IMG/VR virus record: IMGVR_UViG_3300046329_000127
Reading direction: 5' to 3' (one strand)
Length of the DNA stretch: 20,000 bases
Origin: an uncultured virus (IMG/VR IMGVR_UViG_3300046329_000127)
Lineage: Duplodnaviria > Heunggongvirae > Uroviricota > Caudoviricetes
Below are positions 5,498 to 13,678 of this stretch, piece by piece; the stretch's first letter is position 1, and every line of letters begins with the position of its first letter. The position numbers were made by a program, and so were the translations under genes. The notes beneath the pieces were generated by a model that did no database searches, was not told where the DNA came from, and saw only the letters and a list, made by a program, of their open reading frames with translations.

Positions 5498-7991
5498 TTT
5501 ATTTAAGGGTAGCTGCCCCGTATGCAATGGCGAACACAAAAGTTGCAGGCAAGTTGGAAAAACCATACTTTGCCGATCCGAATTGCCAGCACCGATTGGA
5601 TACAAGATTATTGGCAAAGATAGCAATGAATTATTTACAAGATATGCCCCTGCTTTTGACTGTCCGATTTGCGGCGGAAGCCATGATACTTGTTGGCAAA
5701 GTGGCGATCTGATTCATTGCCAATCTCACAACTCACCGCCCCAAGGCTACAAACAGGTCAAAGATGACGTAAAGGGTTTTGCCATGTATGCCCTAATTAG
5801 CAGCAGCAAAAGCTCTAATCGCAGTGACAAAGAGCCAGTATTAACAATTCAGCAACGTGACGCAAAGATTCGATCCTGTGACAACAAGTTAAGCGATCGC
5901 CAAATCGCCGACCTAACCAGACGGGGGCTAACCACAGAGCAAATCAACTACGCAGTTAGTAAGCATTGGTTATTTGCCCTTGATAATGGCTATGGCATAT
6001 CAGCGATCGATGCAACCACAGGAATGTTTTGCGGCGCACAGAAAGCCAATGACGATCGCGGGACTGCTAAGTACACATGGGGCGTATTTTCGGGAGACAA
6101 CAAACTCAACGAAACCAGAGAAAACCCTTTGTTTCTATGGGTACACCCTAAATTCGATCATTCCAAGCCTTACGAGATTAAGTACACCGAGGGAGCCTTA
6201 AAGAGCCTGATCCGTAGCTTCTTTGAGTGGAAAACAAACCGCAACATAATTGTCATTGGTGCGGCGGCTGGCATATTTGGTAAGAACGGACTTGATCGCA
6301 TCTTCCAGAAATACCCCAAGGCGATCGCCCATACACTCCTTTGCGATGCCAACACACAGGATGAGAAAAAGCTAAACATCCTGACCGCTTACAAGAATTT
6401 GGCGGTACACGTTCCCAAAGTGTTATTTGCAGACTGGGGACAATGGCAGGATAAAACCAAGGGTGATTGTGATGAAACCTTGGGTACTGATGCTTTCGAT
6501 AAGTACGAACTGCGATCGCCTAGTGACTGGCTAGACTTCTTCCGAGGCAGTGGACTTTTAGACCTTGCCAGCGATCCTACTGATGACATTGACCCCGAAT
6601 CTTTTGTAATTGGCTCACTTTTACTAGCGCCAAGGCAAATTACAGTCGTTACGGGTATCATTGCAACCCCTGAAGCATTTCAAGACCCTCTATGTCGCGA
6701 AATTTGCACAGCACTTTACGGACTAACCCAAAAGAATCAGCCAATTGATGTCCTGAGTGTCCACAAAGTCCTTACTGATAAAAGCTTAAGCGACAAAATC
6801 AGCCAAAAGTATCTAGTTTCACTCAAAGATCGGGCTAACCAGTTTGGTGATGTCGATATCGAGTATCAGGCTCAAATTATTGGTGATCGCTACACCTTGA
6901 GGTTAGGCGAACAGCTTGGTAATGATGTTGCGAGATTGTATGCGAGTGGTGGTGATGTTAAACAGGCGATCGCGGAATCTCAAAAGAAATTAGCTGAGTT
7001 CGCCAACAAAAGCACAACGTCTGAGGGATTCGTTAATGCTGGCGAAATTCTCAGAAAACAGATTGACAAAATAGAGCAGGAAAAAGCGGAACAGGAAAAG
7101 CTAGAGCAGAAGTATTTAAGCACTGGTATTCCAGAGGTTGACGAGAAACTAGAAATGGAACGTGGCTCTATGGTGGGCGTGGTTGCTGTCTCTAGTCACG
7201 GTAAAACCACATGGGCTTTTTATGTCGCTCAACATCTTGCAGTGGCTTTAAAGGAAACGGTTTTAATCTGTTCCCTTGAAGTTGGTAAAAGTCGCGCCGC
7301 CACTAAGTTCGCTCAGATGGAAACAGGCTTTACCAATCGCATGATTAAGCAAAATACTTTCTTTGTGTCACAGGAGAACACTTTTGAGGCAGTCGTCCAA
7401 GCCTATGAGGGCGGACGGATTTACATCTACGATTCCAGTCCAGTAGTTGAGGATATCTGTAATGAAATCAAGGCTTTTGTCGCCCAAAATGGCACTGTTG
7501 GAGCCGTGTTTATTGACTACTTGCAACTACTCTCACCACTAAAGCAAACCAATGATCCGCGCCGCGATCTTGACCACTGCCTTGTTACTCTGGACAATTT
7601 GCGGAAGGAACTCAAGATCACCATGTTCCTGCTATTACAACCGACTGGGGCTGTCGAAGCTAGGCAAGATAAGCGCCCCAAACTTGCAGACAGCAAGGAA
7701 ACCAGTATGACTCGCCAAATTGTCGATATTGGGCTTTATCTCTATCGGGACGATCGCTACAACCCACAGTCAAGCGACCGAGGCTTGATCGAGATTGGCT
7801 GCGAAAAGAACCGCGATTACGAAGCGGGATGGGTAGTTAAGCCAACTTTTGACGGCGCTAGAAGTCGGATCGGTAATTCTTTTGTCTCAATCCTTGACCA
7901 GCAGAAAGCGGATTATGTGCCGCCACAGCAATTATCAACAGTTCCAGTTCCAGAATACGATCCAAACCTAGATGAATGGGAAACAATTTAA
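5487..7991 (+). CDS. Primase-helicase fusion: duplicated Zn finger + TOPRIM-like domain + full DnaB-like helicase
   Basis: CPVC..C and CPIC..C repeats; TEG.LKS and D.DE acidic motifs; DnaB N-terminal domain (ESFVIGSLL...PIDVLSV); Walker A variant AVSSHGKT, SLE, IDYLQL, RP.LAD.KE, LYRDD.YN and KNR motifs. Confidence 0.85.
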   Translation: MSFDLFKGSCPVCNGEHKSCRQVGKTILCRSELPAPIGYKIIGKDSNELFTRYAPAFDCPICGGSHDTCWQSGDLIHCQSHNSPPQGYKQVKDDVKGFAMYALISSSKSSNRSDKEPVLTIQQRDAKIRSCDNKLSDRQIADLTRRGLTTEQINYAVSKHWLFALDNGYGISAIDATTGMFCGAQKANDDRGTAKYTWGVFSGDNKLNETRENPLFLWVHPKFDHSKPYEIKYTEGALKSLIRSFFEWKTNRNIIVIGAAAGIFGKNGLDRIFQKYPKAIAHTLLCDANTQDEKKLNILTAYKNLAVHVPKVLFADWGQWQDKTKGDCDETLGTDAFDKYELRSPSDWLDFFRGSGLLDLASDPTDDIDPESFVIGSLLLAPRQITVVTGIIATPEAFQDPLCREICTALYGLTQKNQPIDVLSVHKVLTDKSLSDKISQKYLVSLKDRANQFGDVDIEYQAQIIGDRYTLRLGEQLGNDVARLYASGGDVKQAIAESQKKLAEFANKSTTSEGFVNAGEILRKQIDKIEQEKAEQEKLEQKYLSTGIPEVDEKLEMERGSMVGVVAVSSHGKTTWAFYVAQHLAVALKETVLICSLEVGKSRAATKFAQMETGFTNRMIKQNTFFVSQENTFEAVVQAYEGGRIYIYDSSPVVEDICNEIKAFVAQNGTVGAVFIDYLQLLSPLKQTNDPRRDLDHCLVTLDNLRKELKITMFLLLQPTGAVEARQDKRPKLADSKETSMTRQIVDIGLYLYRDDRYNPQSSDRGLIEIGCEKNRDYEAGWVVKPTFDGARSRIGNSFVSILDQQKADYVPPQQLSTVPVPEYDPNLDEWETI

Positions 7992-7992
7992 A

Positions 7993-8499
7993 ATGCCTGA
8001 CACACTAATCCACAAGCCAACCAACACGCTATTTCTTAGCACCAAAAAGAACAAAGCTGGCGATCGCTATGCCACTCAATCTATGGCAATATTCCCCGTT
8101 GCTGAGTGCGAAGAATGGAAAGAAAACTTTCCCATGCTGGCGATCTCCATGCCGCCAGAAATCAATCAAGTAGTGGCACATGGCAATCATGTTTTTACTG
8201 TACTGAATCGATCTCGTGACAAGGAAACCCAAAAAGCAAGACTATGGCACGAATGGGATGCAAACACTCGTACAGGGCAATGGTATTGGATGGAAGAGTG
8301 TTCACTGGTAAGCGATAGACTTATTGAGGGATGGGTAGAGGCGATCGCCCTAGAGCGTGTTCTACATAAAGAAGACTCTCCCGAATACCGAGCGATGATC
8401 GCCAATGTTCCCGAACCAATTCGTGATCTTTGTATAGTGCGATCGTTTAACAAGATTCTCGCCAAAATGCCAATAGGTAAAGAAGGTGAGTGGTTTTAG
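7993..8499 (+). CDS. Hypothetical protein
   Basis: Co-oriented ORF right after the helicase stop; ATG 7993 preferred over 7972. Confidence 0.65.
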   Translation: MPDTLIHKPTNTLFLSTKKNKAGDRYATQSMAIFPVAECEEWKENFPMLAISMPPEINQVVAHGNHVFTVLNRSRDKETQKARLWHEWDANTRTGQWYWMEECSLVSDRLIEGWVEAIALERVLHKEDSPEYRAMIANVPEPIRDLCIVRSFNKILAKMPIGKEGEWF

Positions 8500-8517
8500 G
8501 TGCAATTTTTTATCTCA

Positions 8518-8548
8518 CAAATTACCACTTTTAGTAAGTGGTAATTTG
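8518..8548. promoter_or_regulatory. Perfect 13-bp inverted repeat, candidate operator
   Basis: CAAATTACCACTT-ttagt-AAGTGGTAATTTG, upstream of a small RHH-like ORF and without a U-tract. Confidence 0.6.
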
Positions 8549-8586
8549 ATCTTAATATGACATCAGTTAAAGCCAATAAAAAACAC

Positions 8587-8736
8587 ATGGCAATAAAACA
8601 AAGATGGTGGCGACCGAGGCTGCCTGACTCAATGGTTGACCCCATTATCAAAAAGCTGACAGCTAAATGGGAACTAAAAACCGAGTCAGAATTGATAACA
8701 AAGCTTCTGCTTGATGCAGACAAAAAGGTGAAGTGA
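8587..8736 (+). CDS. Small RHH-like protein (49 aa, MAIKQRWWRPRLPDSMVDPIIKKLTAKWELKTESELITKLL...)
   Basis: Basic strand, helix, then a T.SELI..LL helix. TGATG overlap with the next ORF. Not in the ORF track. Confidence 0.55.
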   Translation: MAIKQRWWRPRLPDSMVDPIIKKLTAKWELKTESELITKLLLDADKKVK

Positions 8737-8909
8737 TGCAAGTCAACGTAACCGCCGAACACATCAAGCAAGCCACGACATTCCCATATACCTCACCCGT
8801 TTCAAGGCGGAAGTACTTGCCTGTCTTGATGCAGAACAAGAAGCTAGACACAGGCTTAAATTACTGGTTACAGCACATCATTTTGAGAGGATTTCATGTC
8901 TTTAAATAA
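8736..8909 (+). CDS. Small hypothetical protein (57 aa, MQVNVTAEHIKQA...)
   Basis: TGATG coupling upstream; overlaps the ssb start downstream. Confidence 0.45.
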   Translation: MQVNVTAEHIKQATTFPYTSPVSRRKYLPVLMQNKKLDTGLNYWLQHIILRGFHVFK

Positions 8910-9036
8910 AGTACATCTAGTCGGTAGAGCAGGACGCGAACCTGAAGTCAAATATTTTGATTCTGGAAAGATGGTTTGTAACTTCGCGATCGCCGTCAAT
9001 TGCACTAAAATAGAAACAGATTGGTTTGATTTCTAG
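8896..9036 (+). pseudogene. ssb: Truncated single-stranded DNA-binding protein (N-terminal 46 aa)
   Basis: MSLNKVHLVGRAGREPEVKYFDSGKMVCNFAIAVNCTKIETDWFDF* matches the cyanobacterial SSB N-terminus, with a GAGG RBS. I see no continuation of the OB-fold downstream. Confidence 0.85.
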
Positions 9037-9038
9037 TT

Positions 9039-9260
9039 ATGAAATTAGAATCTCTCAGTCATCCCAACGACGATCGTCAATTAGTCAGCGATGCTTGTTT
9101 TTATGTTGGATGGCAATTACGATCGCCTAACTCATGGGAATACTTCAATGTTTTTACAGGCGATCGCAATGTAGTCACAATCCCTGAATTAATTCAGGCT
9201 ATCAATGCTAAACGCGATCGGCTAAATCCTAAAGTCGTATCAATCAACAAATTCCCTTAA
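9039..9260 (+). CDS. Hypothetical protein
   Basis: 73-aa ORF between the ssb fragment and dnaN. Confidence 0.55.
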   Translation: MKLESLSHPNDDRQLVSDACFYVGWQLRSPNSWEYFNVFTGDRNVVTIPELIQAINAKRDRLNPKVVSINKFP

Positions 9261-9275
9261 AACCGCAGATAAATT

Positions 9276-10400
9276 ATGCTCCATTTTGTAATCCCTCAAC
9301 ATTCATTTTCGATCGCGCTTGATGAAGTCAAAAACGCAGTAGCTTCACGCCCAACGCATCCAATCCTAGCCAATGTCAGGTTAGATGCTGATGCTAAAAC
9401 CCAAACACTGACCTTAACAGCGTACGATTTAAATCTCGCGATCCGTACTGAACTGCCAGCACAAGTCGTTTTTGATGGGGCGATCACCGTAGCTCATAAA
9501 CTGCTAAATGATATTGTCTCACGACTGCCAGATGAAGATGTGACTTTCAGTATTAATGATGCTGGCATGATCAATCTAAAGTGTGGCAGTGGCAAATATC
9601 AACTACATGGGTTGCCCATTGAAGAGTTCCCAGAACTCCCAGAAATCGATCCCAAAGACAACAAGGTTGCTAACCTATCCCCAAATGTGCTACTCCAAGG
9701 GCTAGCCGCCACTTTGTTTGCCACATCTGGCGATGAAACCAAGCAGATTCTCACTGGTGTTCATATCACCGTTAATGAATCCATTGAGTTCGCGGCAACC
9801 GATGGACATCGCTTATCGGTACTAACCCATAAGCTAGAAGAAGGCGACTATACTCACTTTGAGTTAACTATTCCCTCCCGATCGCTGCGAGAAATCGAAA
9901 AACTTTGTAAAACCCATGAAGGGGAGATCGCGGTCAGCTTTGACCGCGCCAATATGATATTCATGGCGGGGGCAAAGACCGTAATCTCACGACTTTTAGA
10001 TGGCGCATACCCCAACTATCGCCAACTAATTCCTTCGCAGTTTTCGCGCCAAATTACTGTTGAGCGCAAACTGTTTATTTCTGCACTAGAGCGTATTGCG
10101 GTACTCGCTGACCAGAAAAATAACATTGTTAAGTTAACCATTGAGGCTGTATCTCAATCAGTTGCTTTGTCAGTCGAAGCTCCTGACGTTGCCGCAGGGC
10201 GAGAAGAAGTTCCCGCGCAAATTTCTGGTGAAGATCTAGAAATTGCTTTCAATATCAAATACTTCTTGGAAGGGGTGAAAAGCTTTGACTGCAATGAGAT
10301 TCAGTTGCAATTTAATAACCCTACCAGCCCCGCCGTTATCGTGCCGATTGGGGCTGCGAAGCACACTTATTTGTTGATGCCAGTTCAGATTCGGAATTAG
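9276..10400 (+). CDS. dnaN: DNA polymerase III beta sliding clamp
   Basis: SRPTHPILANV, AATDGHRL, SRLLDGAYPNYRQLIP, IAFN.KY and YLLMPVQIR motifs; cyanobacterial type. Confidence 0.97.
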   Translation: MLHFVIPQHSFSIALDEVKNAVASRPTHPILANVRLDADAKTQTLTLTAYDLNLAIRTELPAQVVFDGAITVAHKLLNDIVSRLPDEDVTFSINDAGMINLKCGSGKYQLHGLPIEEFPELPEIDPKDNKVANLSPNVLLQGLAATLFATSGDETKQILTGVHITVNESIEFAATDGHRLSVLTHKLEEGDYTHFELTIPSRSLREIEKLCKTHEGEIAVSFDRANMIFMAGAKTVISRLLDGAYPNYRQLIPSQFSRQITVERKLFISALERIAVLADQKNNIVKLTIEAVSQSVALSVEAPDVAAGREEVPAQISGEDLEIAFNIKYFLEGVKSFDCNEIQLQFNNPTSPAVIVPIGAAKHTYLLMPVQIRN

Positions 10401-10414
10401 AATTGCATTTTTTG

Positions 10415-10570
10415 TTACTTAATTTTCAAATTCAGATGCCCGTAATTTGCTTTAAATAATGGTGAATTTGGGTTAACTCCCATCGCTAATAACTTGTAAG
10501 CAGCCCGTTCTAGTTCGCTTTCCAAAACTTTGATATCGCGAGGCTCAACTACATTTTTTTTAATCGCCAT
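10415..10570 (-). CDS. Small hypothetical protein (51 aa, MAIKKNVVEPRDIKVLESELERAAYKLL...)
   Basis: Overlaps the upstream stop; last gene of the - strand array, converging on dnaN. Confidence 0.5.
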   Translation of the reverse strand: MAIKKNVVEPRDIKVLESELERAAYKLLAMGVNPNSPLFKANYGHLNLKIK

Positions 10571-10913
10571 TATTGCACATCCAAATAAGTGTAAAAAATC
10601 CTAGATACAAATCAAAAGCAGTGTATTCATTGCCAGTTATCAACGCTGCGCCAAAGCCCCAGTCTTTGAGATCTAACCATTCAAAGCCAGCAAAACTAAG
10701 GCTCTGATAAGTTGGTACTTCGTCAAACTCAAACTCTTCTAGTTGATGTGGCTTAGATTCTATAGTTCTAAGCCATTGAGGAAAAGTTAAGTATTTATTG
10801 AGTCGATTAATAAGAGTCTCTTGCCACTTTACATAAAGATAGGTGGAGAGAGCGATCTGTATTTCTAAGGGAACTACAATATATTCAGGCTCATTATTTT
10901 GGGTATTTTGCAT
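10560..10913 (-). CDS. Hypothetical protein
   Basis: 117-aa ORF in the - strand array. Confidence 0.6.
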   Translation of the reverse strand: MQNTQNNEPEYIVVPLEIQIALSTYLYVKWQETLINRLNKYLTFPQWLRTIESKPHQLEEFEFDEVPTYQSLSFAGFEWLDLKDWGFGAALITGNEYTAFDLYLGFFTLIWMCNNGD

Positions 10914-10999
10914 TACCAGTTACCAAAATGGTTAATTAATTTTAGGGCTTTTTCGTGGCGATATTTGCGATAATTGATAAAACATAATCGGCAATATTT

Positions 11000-11302
11000 A
11001 TGCAGTGCGGACTGGAATTGTATGATCCAAAACATCAGTACAGAGCAGATAAAGCACAACGCAAGCGAGATTTTGACAATTGCTGTGCATATTGCGGGGA
11101 CAATCCTAGTTTTCTGACAATTGACCATGTAATACCGCGATCGCAAGGGGGGACAAATGATCTAAATAATCTATTGCCAGCTTGTAAGAATTGCAATGAG
11201 GGCAAAGCATCACGACCGCTTGCAAACTGGTATACTAAAAAGAACCGCAGATATACTGCGGAACGCTGGGAAAAGATTAAGTCTATTTTGGGAATAGGCT
11301 AA
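11000..11302 (+). CDS. HNH endonuclease
   Basis: CAYCG...LTIDHVIPRSQGG.N...NLLPACK.CN..K motif. Confidence 0.9.
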   Translation: MQCGLELYDPKHQYRADKAQRKRDFDNCCAYCGDNPSFLTIDHVIPRSQGGTNDLNNLLPACKNCNEGKASRPLANWYTKKNRRYTAERWEKIKSILGIG

Positions 11303-11436
11303 AGTGGCTGTGTCGAGCCGTACCACTCAGCCTCATCTTTGTTATCGAAAGTTGCACAATGGTACATAGAACCGTCATCGCAAACCATGACGACAAACCA
11401 CCATCCGCAATTAGTGAGCATCGTTAGGTACTTCAT
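11299..11436 (-). CDS. Small hypothetical protein (45 aa, MKYLTMLTNCGWWFVVMVCDDGSMYHCATF...)
   Basis: ATGA overlap with the upstream ORF and a GAGG RBS. Confidence 0.5.
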   Translation of the reverse strand: MKYLTMLTNCGWWFVVMVCDDGSMYHCATFDNKDEAEWYGSTQPL

Positions 11437-11573
11437 GCGACCTCAACAGAAGTGAAACCAAACCTAGAAAGCTTCAATAGCTTAGAACGGGATATCAGCG
11501 TAATCTGCTCCTGTGTTTTGTGACGCAATTCGGGATTTGTTGTTACTTCGGCTTGTATTATGGCTGAGTTCAA
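11433..11573 (-). CDS. Small hypothetical protein (46 aa, TTG start)
   Basis: TTGA overlap upstream and ATGA overlap downstream fill the gap exactly. Confidence 0.45.
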   Translation of the reverse strand: MNSAIIQAEVTTNPELRHKTQEQITLISRSKLLKLSRFGFTSVEVA

Positions 11574-12199
11574 GAGTTTTTATTCCGTTGGTATTCACAA
11601 TGTGGACATTTTGGATTACCCTCTACTTGCTCAAAGGGAGTTAGTAGAAGCATGGCTAATTTGTCGGTGAAAGCTTGCCAGTAGTCTTCGTCTATGGGGA
11701 TTTCAACCCATGTTTCAGAGAATCGCATTGAGATCCCGCCGTCTAGCTCTGCTTCTTTCGGACTGGCGCAAAGCAGCCCCATGCGAGACACATCAGCATC
11801 CATGCACTCGCGATAGGCATAAAGTTGAGGGGCGTAGAATTTAACCAGTTCGGGTTTAACGTCACTAGTTTTAAAATCCATGATTCCGACAGTGCGATCG
11901 CCAAACCTAATCAAGCAATCGGTTTTACCTGAAAATTGGACATTAAAATTATCGGAAATTGGAATAAGACGAGATACCAATTTGTATTCCTTAGTGTCAA
12001 ACACTCCTTCCTTGCCAGTAATCTCAAGGCTAGAAACACTTTGATAAGCACCACGCATGAGTTTGTCCATTTTATTGAACATACTGGGGAATGGGGTGTA
12101 TGGTCGTTTGTAGATCCCATGAATCTGCATATACCAGCACCGAGGGCATTCATCTAGTAGAAAAGTTAAAGATGATGGCGAGATTTTTAATGTAGTCAA
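11570..12199 (-). CDS. PD-(D/E)XK nuclease (RecB/Cas4-like exonuclease)
   Basis: ISPSSL...CPRC, GKTD...IMDFKT, QL.AY and C-terminal CPHC motifs. Confidence 0.85.
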   Translation of the reverse strand: MTTLKISPSSLTFLLDECPRCWYMQIHGIYKRPYTPFPSMFNKMDKLMRGAYQSVSSLEITGKEGVFDTKEYKLVSRLIPISDNFNVQFSGKTDCLIRFGDRTVGIMDFKTSDVKPELVKFYAPQLYAYRECMDADVSRMGLLCASPKEAELDGGISMRFSETWVEIPIDEDYWQAFTDKLAMLLLTPFEQVEGNPKCPHCEYQRNKNS

Positions 12200-12594
12200 C
12201 CTAGTATCTCCATTATTGGTACTGTCGCATCTTTATCGAGAGAGGTGATCGCCTTACCAAGTTCGGCTGTGGTATTAGCGATCTGTCGGCGATACGAGAT
12301 CATTCTGGCTTTCAATGCCTTTTGATCAAGCGAAAGATTGTTTATGTCTTGAAGCATTTCAAATGCGATCGCTTGTTGTCGAATTTTGATTTTAGTTAGT
12401 TCTTCCATTGCTGTTTTTTTACATTGTTTGTAGTTGCCACAAGGCGCGATCGCCTCCATCTCATCCATAATTTTGGCTGACAGATCTTCAAGTGATGTTG
12501 ATTTGGTGCAAGCATCAGGGGCAAATCTGTCTTCACAATTGGCGCGACTCATCATTTTATGGATGTTGCCAATGTGCGCCGATAATCCATTCAT
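12196..12594 (-). CDS. Hypothetical coiled-coil protein
   Basis: 132-aa helical ORF coupled to neighbours on both sides. Confidence 0.65.
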   Translation of the reverse strand: MNGLSAHIGNIHKMMSRANCEDRFAPDACTKSTSLEDLSAKIMDEMEAIAPCGNYKQCKKTAMEELTKIKIRQQAIAFEMLQDINNLSLDQKALKARMISYRRQIANTTAELGKAITSLDKDATVPIMEILG

Positions 12595-12761
12595 AGCTTT
12601 TCTCCTGAGAATTGTTGTTTGGCGATCTTGACGAATACGGCTCGCTGACTGAGATAAAGCAGATGCAACTCGGTCAGTAACTGTTTTGCGCTGTCAATAT
12701 TGCGAATTTGTTGGCAGAATACAGTGTGGGTTAACCGCTTTTCGATTGGTAAGTCGTTCAT
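12591..12761 (-). CDS. nblA: NblA-like phycobilisome degradation protein (56 aa)
   Basis: MNDLPIEKRLTHTVFCQQIRNIDSAKQLLTELHLLYLSQRAVFVKIAKQQF resembles the NblA pattern L.LEQ.F....F..Q......AK..L..L.....R......K.Q. ATGA overlaps on both ends. Not in the ORF track. Confidence 0.65.
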   Translation of the reverse strand: MNDLPIEKRLTHTVFCQQIRNIDSAKQLLTELHLLYLSQRAVFVKIAKQQFSGEKL

Positions 12762-13480
12762 GCGATTAGCTCCGCTAAATACTTAACTCTCAATAAAGGA
12801 ACTACGGCGCACTGAGGGACGATCGCATTGCCATACGCACTTAGTCCAGCCAATCGATCGGAAACCCCATGATCCACGCCGTTATCTGGCAACTGCGAAC
12901 CTTCCCAGATTGCAAAAGTCCTAGCGATCGCAAGGTGAGATCTAATTTGCTCTGACCAGCTTTGGAATACTTTGCGTTTGGAGGTTTTGACAATGCTGTT
13001 GGAGTAGGCAACCACAAAGACTCTTTCTCTCTGATGGGGCGCTCCGATCTCCGATGCTGCGATGATTTCAGCATCGAACCGATAGCCTGATTGATATAGT
13101 CCTCGCATGACTTCGTGGACTGCGCCTTTTGCAACTGAGTTTCGTACATTTTCCCAAATAACGAACCTTGGAGAGGCTTCTTCGACAACTCTGAGCATTT
13201 CGTACCAGAGCGATGAGCGATCGCCCTCAAGCCCTGCTTGTTTGCCCTGACTTGAGAGATCCTGACATGGGGAACCTCCAACAATGAGGTCTGCTGATAC
13301 TGCGGGTTGGTACATTCTAATATCTTCATGGATTGGTACGTCTGGGTAACGCTTACGCATTTTCTCGTTGCAGTAAGCATTGATTTCTACAGCTTCGATC
13401 GTTTCAAAACCGCCTATCCACTCAGAGGCAAGGGAGAAAGCGCGAACACCAGCAAATAACTCAATCATTTTTAAGTTCAT
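12758..13480 (-). CDS. C5 DNA cytosine methyltransferase, alpha polypeptide (motif IX missing)
   Basis: ELFAG (I), GSPCQ (IV), WENV (VI), HQRERVF (VIII) and YGNAIVPQ (X). Confidence 0.92.
   Translation of the reverse strand: MNLKMIELFAGVRAFSLASEWIGGFETIEAVEINAYCNEKMRKRYPDVPIHEDIRMYQPAVSADLIVGGSPCQDLSSQGKQAGLEGDRSSLWYEMLRVVEEASPRFVIWENVRNSVAKGAVHEVMRGLYQSGYRFDAEIIAASEIGAPHQRERVFVVAYSNSIVKTSKRKVFQSWSEQIRSHLAIARTFAIWEGSQLPDNGVDHGVSDRLAGLSAYGNAIVPQCAVVPLLRVKYLAELIA
12841..13380 (-). CDS. Nested alternative-frame beta polypeptide of the C5 methyltransferase (carries motif IX)
   Basis: 179-codon stop-free frame inside the MTase gene, containing WLPTP and ending in AWIMGFPIDW (motif IX-like). True start uncertain. 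Confidence 0.7.
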   Translation of the reverse strand: MLTATRKCVSVTQTYQSMKILECTNPQYQQTSLLEVPHVRISQVRANKQGLRAIAHRSGTKCSELSKKPLQGSLFGKMYETQLQKAQSTKSCEDYINQAIGSMLKSSQHRRSERPIREKESLWLPTPTALSKPPNAKYSKAGQSKLDLTLRSLGLLQSGKVRSCQITAWIMGFPIDWLD

Positions 13481-13545
13481 CGTTTTTCACCCTCTTTCAA
13501 CCACTCAGTAATCAGAATCAAAAACTCAATCCATCTTTTGAACAT
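13477..13545 (-). CDS. Possible 22-aa peptide (MFKRWIEFLILITEWLKEGEKR)
   Basis: ATGA overlap with the MTase start; AAGGTG upstream. Confidence 0.35.
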   Translation of the reverse strand: MFKRWIEFLILITEWLKEGEKR

Positions 13546-13678
13546 GGCTTTTCACCTTTAAAAGTGGTTTATCCGTTGAACTAGGCTTTTGTCTGGTTTG
13601 TAAATCCCTTGGCTTTTCTGGCAGTGTGTAGCCATAGGTGGAAGAGATTCCCACATTCATTTCAAAGCGTAAACTCAT
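13526..13678 (-). CDS. Small hypothetical protein (50 aa)
   Basis: ATGA overlap with the dam stop. Confidence 0.4.
   Translation of the reverse strand: MSLRFEMNVGISSTYGYTLPEKPRDLQTRQKPSSTDKPLLKVKSHVQKMD

Noticed and set aside
872..8851. Antisense and alternate-frame ORFs of the track in the + strand region (e.g. 872-1165, 3994-4260, 6389-6661, 8496-8771)
   Set aside because: They are shadows of better-supported genes, with no motifs or coupling.
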